Of a DNA stretch of 64,000 bases, positions 10,226 to 19,806 are shown piece after piece. Source of the stretch: an uncultured Gammaproteobacteria bacterium (lineage in GTDB: Bacteria; Pseudomonadota; Gammaproteobacteria; QNFE01; CAZPSE01); assembly GCA_964589575.1 (NCBI GenBank), contig CAZPSE010000005.1, forward strand, positions 1,611 through 65,610. The letters are read 5' to 3'. The notes under the pieces are model-generated. The model saw nothing but the letters and a program-made list of their open reading frames with translations, was not told the origin of the DNA and did not search any database. The stretch's first letter is position 1. Each line of letters begins with the position of its first letter. Both the position numbers and the translations under genes were made by a program.

Positions 10226-10759
10226 ATGGCTTTAAGTGCAACCATTAATAAAGTAAAGCTAACCATTGCCAATATGGACAGCCACTATTATCAAACGCAT
10301 AATTTGATTATGGCACAGCACCCGTCTGAAACAGATTTACGATTTATGATACGGATAGTGGCGTTTATAATGAATGCAAGTGATGAACTGGCTTTTAGCA
10401 AAGGCCTAAGCACAGATGATGAACCCGATATTTGGGTGAAAACTTTAACCGATGAAATTGATTTATGGATTGATTTAGGACAGCCAGAAGAAAAACGAAT
10501 ACGCAAAGCGTGCGGGCGTGCCAAGCAGGCGATTATTTATACGTATCATGAAAATAAAGCATCGGCTTGGTGGCAACAAAATAAAAATAAGTTGCAGCGC
10601 TTTAGTAATTTACAGGTGTTTCATATCCATGCAGATGGAATAGAATCGTTGCTTAATCGCTCTATGCGCTTGCAGTGTAATATTCAGGACGGTGAAATTT
10701 ACTTGGCTGATGACGATAACAGTTGTGCCGTTACTGTTGCTAACTGGCAACAACAATAA
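10226..10759 (+). CDS. yaeQ: YaeQ-family protein
   Basis: ATINKVKLTIANMDSHYYQTHNLIMAQHPSETDLRFMIRIVAF...DIWVKTLTDEIDLWIDLGQPEEKRIRKAC is collinear with E. coli YaeQ (ATIYKATVNLADLDRHYYQ...). Confidence 0.85.
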   Translation: MALSATINKVKLTIANMDSHYYQTHNLIMAQHPSETDLRFMIRIVAFIMNASDELAFSKGLSTDDEPDIWVKTLTDEIDLWIDLGQPEEKRIRKACGRAKQAIIYTYHENKASAWWQQNKNKLQRFSNLQVFHIHADGIESLLNRSMRLQCNIQDGEIYLADDDNSCAVTVANWQQQ

Positions 10760-11084
10760 ATCTGGCCTCTGCCGTTTTTGTATCAATGGTGCATAACATT
10801 TCACAAGTTACGGGTGTTTCAAAAGGGTCGTCGCCACAACCGCAACCGACCACTAGTTCGTAAAAAAACACAAATAAATTAACCTTAATTTCTTCATTTT
10901 TAAAGGTAGATGTTTGTACAGAAAAATTTAGTTTATCGTCAACCACAAAACCACCTTGTTCGGTAGCTTGGTATAAAGGCAAGTCATTTTGTTTTAGCGT
11001 TAATAATTCTTGTTTTAAAAGGGCGTTAAAGTTGGTTTGCCCCCATGCTTTTACAGCTAAGGGTAATAAAGGATTTTGATTCAT
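10740..11084 (-). CDS. Hypothetical protein (114 aa) with a GCGCGDDP motif
   Basis: The ORF fills the gap between yaeQ and the M23 peptidase gene and abuts the peptidase stop. No family recognised by me. Confidence 0.4.
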   Translation of the reverse strand: MNQNPLLPLAVKAWGQTNFNALLKQELLTLKQNDLPLYQATEQGGFVVDDKLNFSVQTSTFKNEEIKVNLFVFFYELVVGCGCGDDPFETPVTCEMLCTIDTKTAEARFIVVAS

Positions 11085-11917
11085 TAATCTGCGTAGTTAT
11101 TTTTTAAAAACAGTTTTGGGTCTACATAAGTGGCGTTCATCGCCACCGACCAATGCAAATGCGCGCCAGTTACCCGCCCCGTTTGGCCTACCTCACCCAA
11201 TTTGTCACCCGTGTTTACTTTGTCGCCAACCTTAGCGGTAATTGTAGACATGTGGGCATACAAAGTAATTAAACCTTTGCCGTGGTCTACAAATACGCAT
11301 TTGCCACTAAAAAAATAATGGCCAGTTTCTATTACTGTTCCTGGGGCTGGGGCAAGTATGGGGGTACCTTCGGGTGCGGCAATATCTAAACCGCCGTGTG
11401 GTCGCCTTGCTTGCTTGTTAAAAAAACGTTTTAAACCAAACTGGCTGCTTTCGCGCCCCTGTACAGGTAAGCTAAACGGTAAAATAGGGTTAGTATTAGT
11501 AAACGTATTTTTGGCTTTTTTTATGCGTTTGCTGTCTTGCGCTATTTTGGTGTAGTCGCGCGCTATTGGGTTAACTTTGCGTTTGTTTTTTATGGTTAAG
11601 TGTTGTTCTGGATAATGTTTATCCACCACATTAAAACTGACCGAGTACGATTTTTTATTAGCAGGGCTAACCAATAACCAATTAGTACCCAGTTTAGTAT
11701 TAAGGGGTAAGCCGATTATTGCTTTCCATTGTTGTTGGTGGTAAAGCACCATTACTTGTTTTTTATTAAAGTAGGCTTTGGGCAGGTCTTTAGTATTAAT
11801 ATTTAAGGGTTTAATAACAATGCCACCAGGAACATTTGCCGCTTTGGGTAAGGTAAGTGCTAAAATGGATTGGCTAAAAAGTAAAGCAATAAGAACAGTC
11901 AATATTTTTTTTATCAT
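11084..11917 (-). CDS. M23-family metallopeptidase (LytM-like), secreted
   Basis: Signal peptide. HGGLDIAAPEGTPILAPAPGTV and HLHWSV (HxH) are M23 motifs. Confidence 0.85.
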   Translation of the reverse strand: MIKKILTVLIALLFSQSILALTLPKAANVPGGIVIKPLNINTKDLPKAYFNKKQVMVLYHQQQWKAIIGLPLNTKLGTNWLLVSPANKKSYSVSFNVVDKHYPEQHLTIKNKRKVNPIARDYTKIAQDSKRIKKAKNTFTNTNPILPFSLPVQGRESSQFGLKRFFNKQARRPHGGLDIAAPEGTPILAPAPGTVIETGHYFFSGKCVFVDHGKGLITLYAHMSTITAKVGDKVNTGDKLGEVGQTGRVTGAHLHWSVAMNATYVDPKLFLKNNYAD

Positions 11918-11973
11918 GGCGTTAAGTGCGTATAAGCAAAGCTATAAAATTAAAAACAAAGGTTAACATATAA

Positions 11974-13146
11974 ATGGGTAATATTAAGTTGCAACCTGCA
12001 AAAAGGCTTTCAGGCATCGACCCATTTTATGTGATGGACATACTGGCAAAAGCAAAAAAAATGGAAGCAGAGGGTATAAATATAATACACATGGAAGTGG
12101 GCGAGCCAGACTTTAACACCGCCCCCATTATTATGAATGCCGCCTTAGAAGCAACAAAAAATAATATTAGCCATTATACGCCAGCGTTAGGCTTGCCTGC
12201 TTTACGAAAGGCGATTAAACAGTATTATAAAAAACATTTACATTGCCAAATTAAAACAGACAATGTTGCCGTTACGCCAGGTGCATCTGTTGCCATTCAG
12301 CTGGTATTAAGCAGTATTTTAGATGTAGATGATGAGGTGTTATTAACCGACCCCGGTTACCCCTGTAACAGGCACATGGTGCGTTTACTGTCGGCAAAAG
12401 ACATTAATATACCGTTAAAAAAAGAAGCGGGTTTTTTACTAACGCCAAATAGTGTCGCTCCTTTTGTTAATGAAAAAACCAAAGCATTGATGATTACCTC
12501 ACCAAGCAACCCAACGGGTGCAATATATTCTAAAAAACAATTAACGGCATTAGCCCTGTTTTGCGAAAAGAACAACCTACATTTTATTGTTGATGAAATA
12601 TATCAGGGTTTGCAATACGAAATAAAGCCCTTCAGTGCGGCTGAAATTTCGGAAAATATTTGGGTAATAAACAGTTTTTCTAAATATTTTGGCATGACAG
12701 GGTTTAGGGTAGGTTGGTTAATAGCACCACCGTATATGTTAAAAGCCATAGAAAAACTGGCTCAAAATTTATATTTAGCACCTGCCAGTATTGCGCAATA
12801 TGCGGCAGTTGCAGCATTAAGTGATGCCGCAGTAGAAGAACATAAATTACGCAAAAATGCCTTTAAAACGCGCCGTGATTATTTATTTAAAGCATTAACA
12901 ACAATGGGCTTTGATATTGTCAATGTGCCACAAGGTGCTTTTTATTTGTACGCAAATTGCAGTAAGTTTGGCTTAAATTCTTACCAACTTGCAAAAAAAT
13001 TATTAAAACAGGCACATGTTGCGGTAACACCAGGTAAAGACTTTTCACCATCTAACGCCGATAATTACGTTAGGTTTGCCTATACTACTAACTTAAAAAA
13101 TTTAGAAAAGGCGGTTAAACGTATGACCTGCGTATTAATAAAGTGA
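11974..13146 (+). CDS. PLP-dependent class I/II aminotransferase (MtnE/YbdL/AspC-like)
   Basis: SFSKYFGMTGFRVGW contains the PLP-binding lysine. The fold is typical of a roughly 390-aa aminotransferase. Confidence 0.85.
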   Translation: MGNIKLQPAKRLSGIDPFYVMDILAKAKKMEAEGINIIHMEVGEPDFNTAPIIMNAALEATKNNISHYTPALGLPALRKAIKQYYKKHLHCQIKTDNVAVTPGASVAIQLVLSSILDVDDEVLLTDPGYPCNRHMVRLLSAKDINIPLKKEAGFLLTPNSVAPFVNEKTKALMITSPSNPTGAIYSKKQLTALALFCEKNNLHFIVDEIYQGLQYEIKPFSAAEISENIWVINSFSKYFGMTGFRVGWLIAPPYMLKAIEKLAQNLYLAPASIAQYAAVAALSDAAVEEHKLRKNAFKTRRDYLFKALTTMGFDIVNVPQGAFYLYANCSKFGLNSYQLAKKLLKQAHVAVTPGKDFSPSNADNYVRFAYTTNLKNLEKAVKRMTCVLIK

Positions 13147-13778
13147 TAACCGATCGTGTATTTAAATTTTTAAGTAAATCCTATCAGTTAGAGTTAGAAA
13201 GCTATACGGTAGGTAAAATTTACCGTCATTTACTGTGGCACTCTATATTACTAACCGGGTTTATTATTGCTGCAAGTTGGCTAATGGCAAGTGTTTTACC
13301 CTTTAGTTTATTTAAAGCATGGGGTTTCCCCACTTTTTTAATAACCAATATCACGCTAGGCATTACTTATTTTACCTATAAAAAACAGTATGTTCGCTTT
13401 GAAGGTTTATGGGTCAATTGGTTAACAGCTGTTTTGTTGGTTATTTCTACCTGCTTTGCATTTTTACCTTGGGTTAGTTTTTCGTTTTTATCATTATCTA
13501 TGTTGATACTGTGCAGTTTGTTGATGTCGTTAACGCCTATTTTGGCGGTAATATTTTTAATGGGCAGTGAAAAGTTATGGTTTGCCGCGGTGGTGCCAAC
13601 AATGACATCTTTAATTGTTTATAGTGCGTCGGCTTGGTTACAGCATGTTGCATTTGGGCAGTGGTTGGCTATTTGGTGTGCTGTTTTGACATTAATGATA
13701 TTTGTTGTACAAAAGCGCTATAACAAATTGTATAGCTCGTCTTTAGATAGGGAGCGGTCAATAAAGACAAGCTTATAA
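13143..13778 (+). CDS. Hypothetical polytopic membrane protein
   Basis: 211 aa with 5-6 predicted TM segments. Overlaps the aminotransferase stop by 4 nt, which suggests an operon. Confidence 0.45.
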   Translation: MITDRVFKFLSKSYQLELESYTVGKIYRHLLWHSILLTGFIIAASWLMASVLPFSLFKAWGFPTFLITNITLGITYFTYKKQYVRFEGLWVNWLTAVLLVISTCFAFLPWVSFSFLSLSMLILCSLLMSLTPILAVIFLMGSEKLWFAAVVPTMTSLIVYSASAWLQHVAFGQWLAIWCAVLTLMIFVVQKRYNKLYSSSLDRERSIKTSL

Positions 13779-15221
13779 CGTTTTAGGAAGCACTTTAATG
13801 GTTACGGGTTTTTCTAACGATTCTGCCGTTGTTTTTTTATTTTTAGTGTTGTCGTACCATTTTAATAAATCGTGTAAACGTCTAATGTTTTGTACATAAT
13901 GTACCGCTTGACCACCAGGTGCATAACCGTATTTGGTTTTTTTGTGCCAACGTTTTTTAGATAACAACGGCAAAAATTCTTTAACATCTGCCCAATTGTC
14001 GGGGTTTTTTCCTTCTTTTTGTGTCAGTCGTCGCGCATCTTCTAAATGCCCATAACCAACATTATAAGACGCTAAAGTAAACCATAAACGATCAGGGTGG
14101 GTTATGCGCTTATTAAATTTTTTGTCAAGTCTTTGTAAATAGCGTACGCCACCATCAATACTTTGAAAGGCATCTAAACGGTTTTTAACGCCCATTTGCC
14201 CCGCAGTAGCTCGGGTTAACATCATCATGCCACGCACACCAGTTGGTGAAGTTGCAAGCGGATCCCAATGGGACTCTTGATAAGCAATGGCGGCTAATAA
14301 TTTCCAATCCATACCGTAAGTGTTAGCGACATCTTCAAACATTTGTCGGTAATTGTTTAATTTCTTTTTAATTTGTTGTAAAAAAATTAATGAGTCTACG
14401 GTGTCCAAATTTTTAATGTGGCCGTAATGCTTTTCCATTAATTGAGTTAGCTGCCCTGTTGCTTTTATATGTTCAAAAAAGGCATCAACTTTGTTAATTA
14501 AGCTTTTATCTTCCCCTTTTTTTAATGCCCAAGCTAGTTTCTCTGGTTTGCTGATGGCAAAACCGGCTTTTAAGTGGCTTTTAAAGCGGCTAATTAGTTT
14601 AAATTCGTTAGAGTCTGCAATGGTGAAGTCGATTTTTTTATCGTTTACCATTAACATTAATTCTTCACTCGAATGAATTTCGTCTTCTGTCCAGGTTAAT
14701 TTTGGATAATCTACAGCGGCAGCTTTTAAGGCTTCAACATGGCTACTGCCTTTAACAACAAGCAATTTTTTGCCAATAATATCTTTAATTGATTTAATTT
14801 TTTTGTTTTGCTTCACGTTATAAATCAATTGCGGCTCTATTTCTTGATAGGCTGGGCTAAAGTGAAATTTTTCTTTTCTTGTCCATGTAATAGAAATACC
14901 AGCAGCGCCAATGTCTGCGTCTCCTTTTTCTATTAAAGGTAAAATGTCGCTAAATTTTTCGGGAACGATGATTTTTAATTTAACATTTAAAGAATCAGCG
15001 AACAGTTTTAGCAAGTCATACTCTATGCCCGTATAACCATCTTTATTTTGATAATAGGTGGTTGGTGCGTTACGGCTAACGGCAATTAATTCACCACGGT
15101 TTAATATGCGTTCTAAGTGGGGGGTTTGGACATTTACAAAATAGACTAAGCCAAAAACAGATGCAATTAGACCAAAAATAATGATGCCTGCAATGGTATT
15201 GTTTTTTTTAGTTTTAGGCAA
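13773..15221 (-). CDS. mltF: Membrane-bound lytic murein transglycosylase F
   Basis: N-terminal solute-binding-protein-like domain. C-terminal SLT domain (AIAYQESHWDP, ASYNVGYGHL). 482 aa. Confidence 0.85.
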   Translation of the reverse strand: MPKTKKNNTIAGIIIFGLIASVFGLVYFVNVQTPHLERILNRGELIAVSRNAPTTYYQNKDGYTGIEYDLLKLFADSLNVKLKIIVPEKFSDILPLIEKGDADIGAAGISITWTRKEKFHFSPAYQEIEPQLIYNVKQNKKIKSIKDIIGKKLLVVKGSSHVEALKAAAVDYPKLTWTEDEIHSSEELMLMVNDKKIDFTIADSNEFKLISRFKSHLKAGFAISKPEKLAWALKKGEDKSLINKVDAFFEHIKATGQLTQLMEKHYGHIKNLDTVDSLIFLQQIKKKLNNYRQMFEDVANTYGMDWKLLAAIAYQESHWDPLATSPTGVRGMMMLTRATAGQMGVKNRLDAFQSIDGGVRYLQRLDKKFNKRITHPDRLWFTLASYNVGYGHLEDARRLTQKEGKNPDNWADVKEFLPLLSKKRWHKKTKYGYAPGGQAVHYVQNIRRLHDLLKWYDNTKNKKTTAESLEKPVTIKVLPKTL

Positions 15222-15330
15222 AATAGTTTTTTTTATTTTTTTTGAATAGCTATTATTGATGAGCAGAAGCGTTATTACAAGTAATAAAACATAGAGTTAA
15301 TCAATAAATAATATTGGGTGTGTTTATGAG

Positions 15331-15390
15331 TAAGGGGTCGCACGCATAATGCTCCAAGCAATTTTGTGTACCTACATTCATGTAGGCAAC
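15331..15390. repeat. REP-like palindromic element, copy 2
   Basis: AAGGGGTCGCACGCATAATGCTCCAAGCAATTTTGTGTACCTACATTCATGTAGGCAACAG. Confidence 0.6.
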
Positions 15391-15403
15391 AGTTTTGGCT
15401 TTT

Positions 15404-16042
15404 TTAAGCGATACTTTTTTTGTACAACTTTTCTGCAGCGTTTAATAATTCTTGTTGTTCTATAACGCCGTTAACGACCTCGTCGCCAAAAATAATGGTG
15501 GGTACGCTGGTCACTTCAAATTTGGTTGCCCATTTAATATAAATGGGTAAGTGGCTGGCAATTTTTTTATCTGCTATGGCATTTTCTACAAAGGCTTTAT
15601 CTAAACCAATAGTTTCTGCAAGGTTTACCAATTCTGTAAATTGGCCAATATTTTTTCCATCTTCAAACAGGTTTTTAAAAAGCGCACGGTGAACTTTATA
15701 AAACGTTTCTTTGCCCAGCTGTTTACTGGCTTCGGCGACTAAAATGGCATTGTGAGAGTTAACCGTGATGGATTGTTTTATTAGCTCTAAGTCGTCTTTA
15801 CTGGCCATGCTTTCTAAGTTGCTGGTTAAACTTTTAAATTCATTTTCTGTATAAGGTAAGTTTTTAAAACTTTTCCCTTCAATGGGGGTTTCTGGGTGTA
15901 TTTCTATAAAACACCAATTTATTTTTAAATCGTAGTGTTGGTTTAGTATCTCTAAACGTTTACTTGCAACGTAGCAAAATGGGCAACTGTAATCACTAAA
16001 AACACTAATTTTAAGTTCGGGTTTGCTCATCGTTATTCTCAT
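15404..16042 (-). CDS. DsbA-family thiol:disulfide oxidoreductase (FrnE/HCCA-isomerase-like)
   Basis: SDYSCPFCY CxxC active site near the N-terminus. 212 aa. No obvious signal peptide. Confidence 0.75.
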   Translation of the reverse strand: MRITMSKPELKISVFSDYSCPFCYVASKRLEILNQHYDLKINWCFIEIHPETPIEGKSFKNLPYTENEFKSLTSNLESMASKDDLELIKQSITVNSHNAILVAEASKQLGKETFYKVHRALFKNLFEDGKNIGQFTELVNLAETIGLDKAFVENAIADKKIASHLPIYIKWATKFEVTSVPTIIFGDEVVNGVIEQQELLNAAEKLYKKSIA

Positions 16043-16126
16043 TTAAGGGAGAATAAACTGTAGCATATTTATTTTTTGGCAGGGGTTTTTAGTTTAAACA
16101 AATGACGTTTTTTTATTGGGTACTAA

Positions 16127-16246
16127 TTTTTTATACATGGATGAACACAGATAAACGCGGATAAAAGATAGGTGCTTTTACATAGTTAGATAGAAAATAC
16201 TGCTGGTTATTATCCGTGTTTATCGCGTTCATCCATTTAAAACTTT
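16127..16246. repeat. Imperfect inverted repeat (ACATGGATGAACACAGATAAACGCGGATAA ... TTATCCGTGTTTATCGCGTTCATCCAT)
   Basis: 28-bp arms with 3 mismatches around a ~60-bp spacer. Related to the hairpin at 45705..45785 (shared ACATGGATG...CATCCATG ends). Confidence 0.5.
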
Positions 16247-16261
16247 TTTAAAGACAAAAAA

Positions 16262-16300
16262 AACCCCAAGTAAAAAACTACTTAGGGGTTTTGAATAATG
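16262..16300. terminator. Bidirectional rho-independent terminator
   Basis: CCCCAAGTAAAAAACTACTTAGGGG stem-loop flanked by an A-run upstream and a T-run downstream. Lies directly 3' of the minus-strand gene ending at 16340. Confidence 0.6.
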
Positions 16301-16339
16301 ATTTCTTAATCGCTAAGGCGAATAAGACACGTTTATTAT

Positions 16340-16951
16340 TTACTTAGCAGGGGCTGCAGGTTTAGTAGGGGCCGCGGCTAGAGGAGCCGTTTGCTGTGCT
16401 TTCATTTTAGCGACAAATGCGTCATAAGCTTTTTTCTGTTGCGCCATTAAATCTATACGTTGTTGTTGTGCGTTTAATAAAAACTCTTGCTGGGCTTTGC
16501 GCTGTGCATTCATTTGCTTTTGCATTTCTGCAGACGGTGCTCGCATCATTTGTGATGGAGCAGGGTAGCGTGAATTAAAACGATTATTGTTGCCCTGTTG
16601 GCTTGCAAAGTTGTTGGCATTGTTCATGTTGTTATTGCCATAACCGCTACCTTTAAAATTGTTATTGCTTGAGCCTGTACCACGGCCGTCAAAGTTGCTG
16701 TTCATTTTACTGTTGCCTTTACCGCTCATGCGAAAGTCAAAGCTGCCTTCGCCTGTTGCGTCGCCTGTACCACGGCCACTGCTGTTACCGGTGTAGTTGC
16801 CGTAAGCATTACCGTAACTGTTGCCACTTTGGTTGCCGTAACCGTTATTAGTCCAGTTTCCGTAACCGTTACTATTGTTGTTAAATGCATTAGCCGTTGT
16901 AGATAGTGCTAATGCGCCTGCGATTAACGCGATAGTTGCAAGTTTTTTCAT
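16340..16951 (-). CDS. Secreted Asn/Gly/Tyr-rich low-complexity protein with a Gln-rich helical C-terminus
   Basis: Signal peptide MKKLATIALIAGALALSTTANA. About 110 aa of (N/G/S/Y) repeats (GYGNWTNNGYGNQSGNSYGNAYGNYTGN). The C-terminal MQKQMNAQRKAQQEFLLNAQQQRIDLMAQQ resembles the LTxxQ/CpxP/Spy/ZraP type. Confidence 0.65.
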   Translation of the reverse strand: MKKLATIALIAGALALSTTANAFNNNSNGYGNWTNNGYGNQSGNSYGNAYGNYTGNSSGRGTGDATGEGSFDFRMSGKGNSKMNSNFDGRGTGSSNNNFKGSGYGNNNMNNANNFASQQGNNNRFNSRYPAPSQMMRAPSAEMQKQMNAQRKAQQEFLLNAQQQRIDLMAQQKKAYDAFVAKMKAQQTAPLAAAPTKPAAPAK

Positions 16952-17085
16952 AGTAGTGACCTTGGTAAGTTGTGTTTAAGACGGATACCCGCTTAAGATT
17001 AGTATATTGGTTAAAACCTATGCGTTCAACTTAAGCGGTATCTTTGTTGATAACAAGTACTGAAAACATTGTAAACGTACTTCCT

Positions 17086-17598
17086 TTAACGTCTAGGTTG
17101 GGGTCTTTGTTGATTATTGTAAGGCGCATAAGTATTGAATTGTTGCTGTTGTTTGTTTGTTGCATTCCAAGTGTTTCCATTTTTGTAATAATGGTCTGCA
17201 TAAGCATTACTGTTACCTTGTCCTTGGTAGTTATTTTCTGCACGGAGGTCGCCATCCATTTTCATTTTAAACTTCATGTCTAAGTCCATATCAAGGTTCA
17301 TATCCATGTCGCCTATGCCGTTACCAAAAAAGTCATTCATGCCAAATGCGTCGCCATTAAAAAAACCGTTGTTTGCATTGTTGTAATTGTTTTGGCCGTT
17401 GTAACGGTTGTTGTACCTATTGTTGTAATTTGCATTGCCGCCATTATTGGGGTAATTGCCGTAGTTATTATTAGAATAATTATTGTTGTTACCCCAAAAA
17501 GAGTCCATAGGGTTAAAACCGTTATTGCCCCAAAATGCAAATGCATTGGTAGATACTAGTAGTATGCTGATGATTGAAACTTTGCTGATGAATTTCAT
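17086..17598 (-). CDS. Secreted Asn/Tyr/Gly-rich low-complexity protein with a Met/Asp-rich segment
   Basis: Signal peptide MKFISKVSIISILLVSTNAFA. NNYSNNNYGNYPNNGGNANYNNRYNNRYNGQNNYNNANNG repeats. DMDMNLDMDLDMKFKMKMDGD block. Composition is paralogous to the adjacent gene. Confidence 0.6.
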   Translation of the reverse strand: MKFISKVSIISILLVSTNAFAFWGNNGFNPMDSFWGNNNNYSNNNYGNYPNNGGNANYNNRYNNRYNGQNNYNNANNGFFNGDAFGMNDFFGNGIGDMDMNLDMDLDMKFKMKMDGDLRAENNYQGQGNSNAYADHYYKNGNTWNATNKQQQQFNTYAPYNNQQRPQPRR

Positions 17599-17675
17599 GG
17601 TGGTGTCCGTCTATTTTTATAATATTTATTTAGATAGAATCATATTAGAAAAAACTAATATAGTCAAGTTTTGGG

Positions 17676-18680
17676 CTATTTCGTTGCTTTTAAAATGTCT
17701 TGTATTAATTGTGGGCCATGATAAATATAGCCTGTGTACAGTTGTATTAAATCGGCACCATTTTCAAACTTTTGTTTAGCATCTTTTGCCGACATAATAC
17801 CGCCAACAGCGATAATGGGCAGTTTATCACCCACAATATTTTTGAGCTTAATCAATAATTCGTTTGACATATTGGTAAGCGGCGCACCACTTAAACCGCC
17901 TTGTTCTGCACCATAAATATGATGCTGTACTGCCTTTTTATTTAAGGTCGTATTGGTGGCGATGATGCCGTCTAGGTTATTTTTTAAAATAATTGAAACG
18001 GTACTTTGCAGTTCTGTGTCACTTAAATCGGGTGCTATTTTTACTGCGATAGGGGTGTATTTACCGTGTTTTTTGTGTAAAACGGATTGTTCTTTTTTCA
18101 AACTGGCTAAAAGTGTGTTTAATTCATCACCGTGTTGCAAATCACGCAAGCCCGGTGTGTTGGGTGACGATATATTGACGGTAATATAATCGGCATAACA
18201 ATACGCTTTTTGAAAACAAATAATATAATCATCAACGGCTTTTTCATTTGGTGTATTTTTGTTTTTGCCAATATTTATACCAATAACCACATGGCTATTT
18301 TTCTTTTTTACTTGGCTAATACCGTGATCAATACCTTTGTTATTAAAACCCATTCTATTAATTATGGCACTGTGCTGCTCTAGCCTAAAAAGGCGTGGTT
18401 TTGCATTGCCTTCTTGGGCAACGGGCGTTAATGTGCCAATTTCTATAAAGCCAAACCCTTGGCTGGCTAAAGCATCTATGTAGTCACCATTTTTATCTAA
18501 CCCGGCGGCTAAACCTAACTTATTAGGAAAGTGAATACCCATCACTTTAATGGGGTTAGCGTGTTTTTTTAGTAAAATTTGCCATGCAAACTGGCTTACT
18601 TGTAAACTTTTTAACGCTAAATAATGAGAGGTTTCTGCATCAAGCTTGAACAGTAATGATTTAATGGCGCAATAGAGCAT
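17676..18680 (-). CDS. pyrD: Dihydroorotate dehydrogenase (quinone)
   Basis: Collinear with E. coli PyrD (GLAAGLDKNGD, NRMGFNN, NISSPNTPGLR, IIAVGGI). 334 aa. Confidence 0.95.
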   Translation of the reverse strand: MLYCAIKSLLFKLDAETSHYLALKSLQVSQFAWQILLKKHANPIKVMGIHFPNKLGLAAGLDKNGDYIDALASQGFGFIEIGTLTPVAQEGNAKPRLFRLEQHSAIINRMGFNNKGIDHGISQVKKKNSHVVIGINIGKNKNTPNEKAVDDYIICFQKAYCYADYITVNISSPNTPGLRDLQHGDELNTLLASLKKEQSVLHKKHGKYTPIAVKIAPDLSDTELQSTVSIILKNNLDGIIATNTTLNKKAVQHHIYGAEQGGLSGAPLTNMSNELLIKLKNIVGDKLPIIAVGGIMSAKDAKQKFENGADLIQLYTGYIYHGPQLIQDILKATK

Positions 18681-18726
18681 GATAAGATAGTTCGTTTCGT
18701 AAACTTAATTATATCCCAATTAATCC

Positions 18727-19800
18727 ATGCAAGCGCAACTGCCTCAATTTGAAAACAGCTTAAACCAACCTATAAAAGCCGCTTATGTTTTTTCTGGCGA
18801 AGAACCGTTATTGTTAATGGAAGCATTAGATTGTTTACGTACTGCTGCTAAAAAACAAGGTTTTGACGAAAAAATAATATTTGATATTACTAATGATTTT
18901 GACTGGTCTCGATTGGCTCAAGAAACACAAGCCATGTCTTTATTTTCTGATAAGAAGCTTATTGTATTAAATATACCAAATGGTAAACCGGGTAAAGTGG
19001 GTTCTAAAAGTATAAGTGACTATTGTGCGTCACCGATTGAAGATATTGTTTTAATACTAGCTTGCGGTAAGGTAGATTTTAGAGGTGGAAAACCACCCGC
19101 TTGGTATAAAAAAATAGACGATTTGGGCATGTCGGTAAGGCTATGGCCAGTAAAACGAGAACAATTGCCCGCTTGGATAAAACAACGAACCATTAAATTA
19201 GGTTTAAATTTAACTCCAGCTGCAATGGCGGTATTGGTAGATAGGACGGATGGTAATTTATTAGCAACGGCGCAAGAGTTAGAAAAATTGACATTATTGA
19301 GCTTAGATGCAGAAGTAGACGAAGAAACCATTATTAAAAGCATATCCGACAACAGTCATTATTCTATTTATGAATGTATTGATGCCACGTTGGCAGGTAA
19401 GGCAGGCTTAGTTATTAAAATGATACATTCACTAGAGGCAGAACACTTTCCCGAGGCGATTGTGATTTGGGCTTTGATTAATGACTTGCAAAAATTAGAG
19501 CAATTGGCATGGTTTAAACGAACATCTGGCTTAAATAATGCTGTATTTATGAAACACCAAATTTGGAAAAATAGACAAGCTTTAGTAACGCAAGCTTTAA
19601 ACAAACATAATTATGCTTTTTGGGCAGCTTGCGTTAGTTATTGTGCAAAATTAGAAAAAGGCTTAAAAGGGCGACAAGTTAGTGCCAAACCGTATCAAGA
19701 AATACTCGATTTATTATTGCAAATTGCAGGTAAACCTTTGTATAAACCCGTTAATAGATTGCTGCAACGAAGCGAAAATGAACAAATAGTGACTAATTAA
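18727..19800 (+). CDS. holA: DNA polymerase III delta subunit
   Basis: The N-terminal and overall profile aligns with E. coli HolA (AAYVFSGEEPLLLMEALD...). 357 aa. Confidence 0.8.
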   Translation: MQAQLPQFENSLNQPIKAAYVFSGEEPLLLMEALDCLRTAAKKQGFDEKIIFDITNDFDWSRLAQETQAMSLFSDKKLIVLNIPNGKPGKVGSKSISDYCASPIEDIVLILACGKVDFRGGKPPAWYKKIDDLGMSVRLWPVKREQLPAWIKQRTIKLGLNLTPAAMAVLVDRTDGNLLATAQELEKLTLLSLDAEVDEETIIKSISDNSHYSIYECIDATLAGKAGLVIKMIHSLEAEHFPEAIVIWALINDLQKLEQLAWFKRTSGLNNAVFMKHQIWKNRQALVTQALNKHNYAFWAACVSYCAKLEKGLKGRQVSAKPYQEILDLLLQIAGKPLYKPVNRLLQRSENEQIVTN

Positions 19801-19806
19801 GAGAAA

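Noticed and set aside
10740-11084. Assigning a specific family (e.g. YqcC or YcgN) to the 114-aa GCGCGDDP protein
   Set aside because: Manual comparison with remembered E. coli sequences did not support either family, so it is left as hypothetical.
16340-17598. Interpreting the Asn-rich ORFs as non-coding low-complexity DNA
   Set aside because: Both have canonical signal peptides and non-repetitive C-terminal segments. They are followed by a strong terminator and fill otherwise empty intergenic space in the correct orientation.
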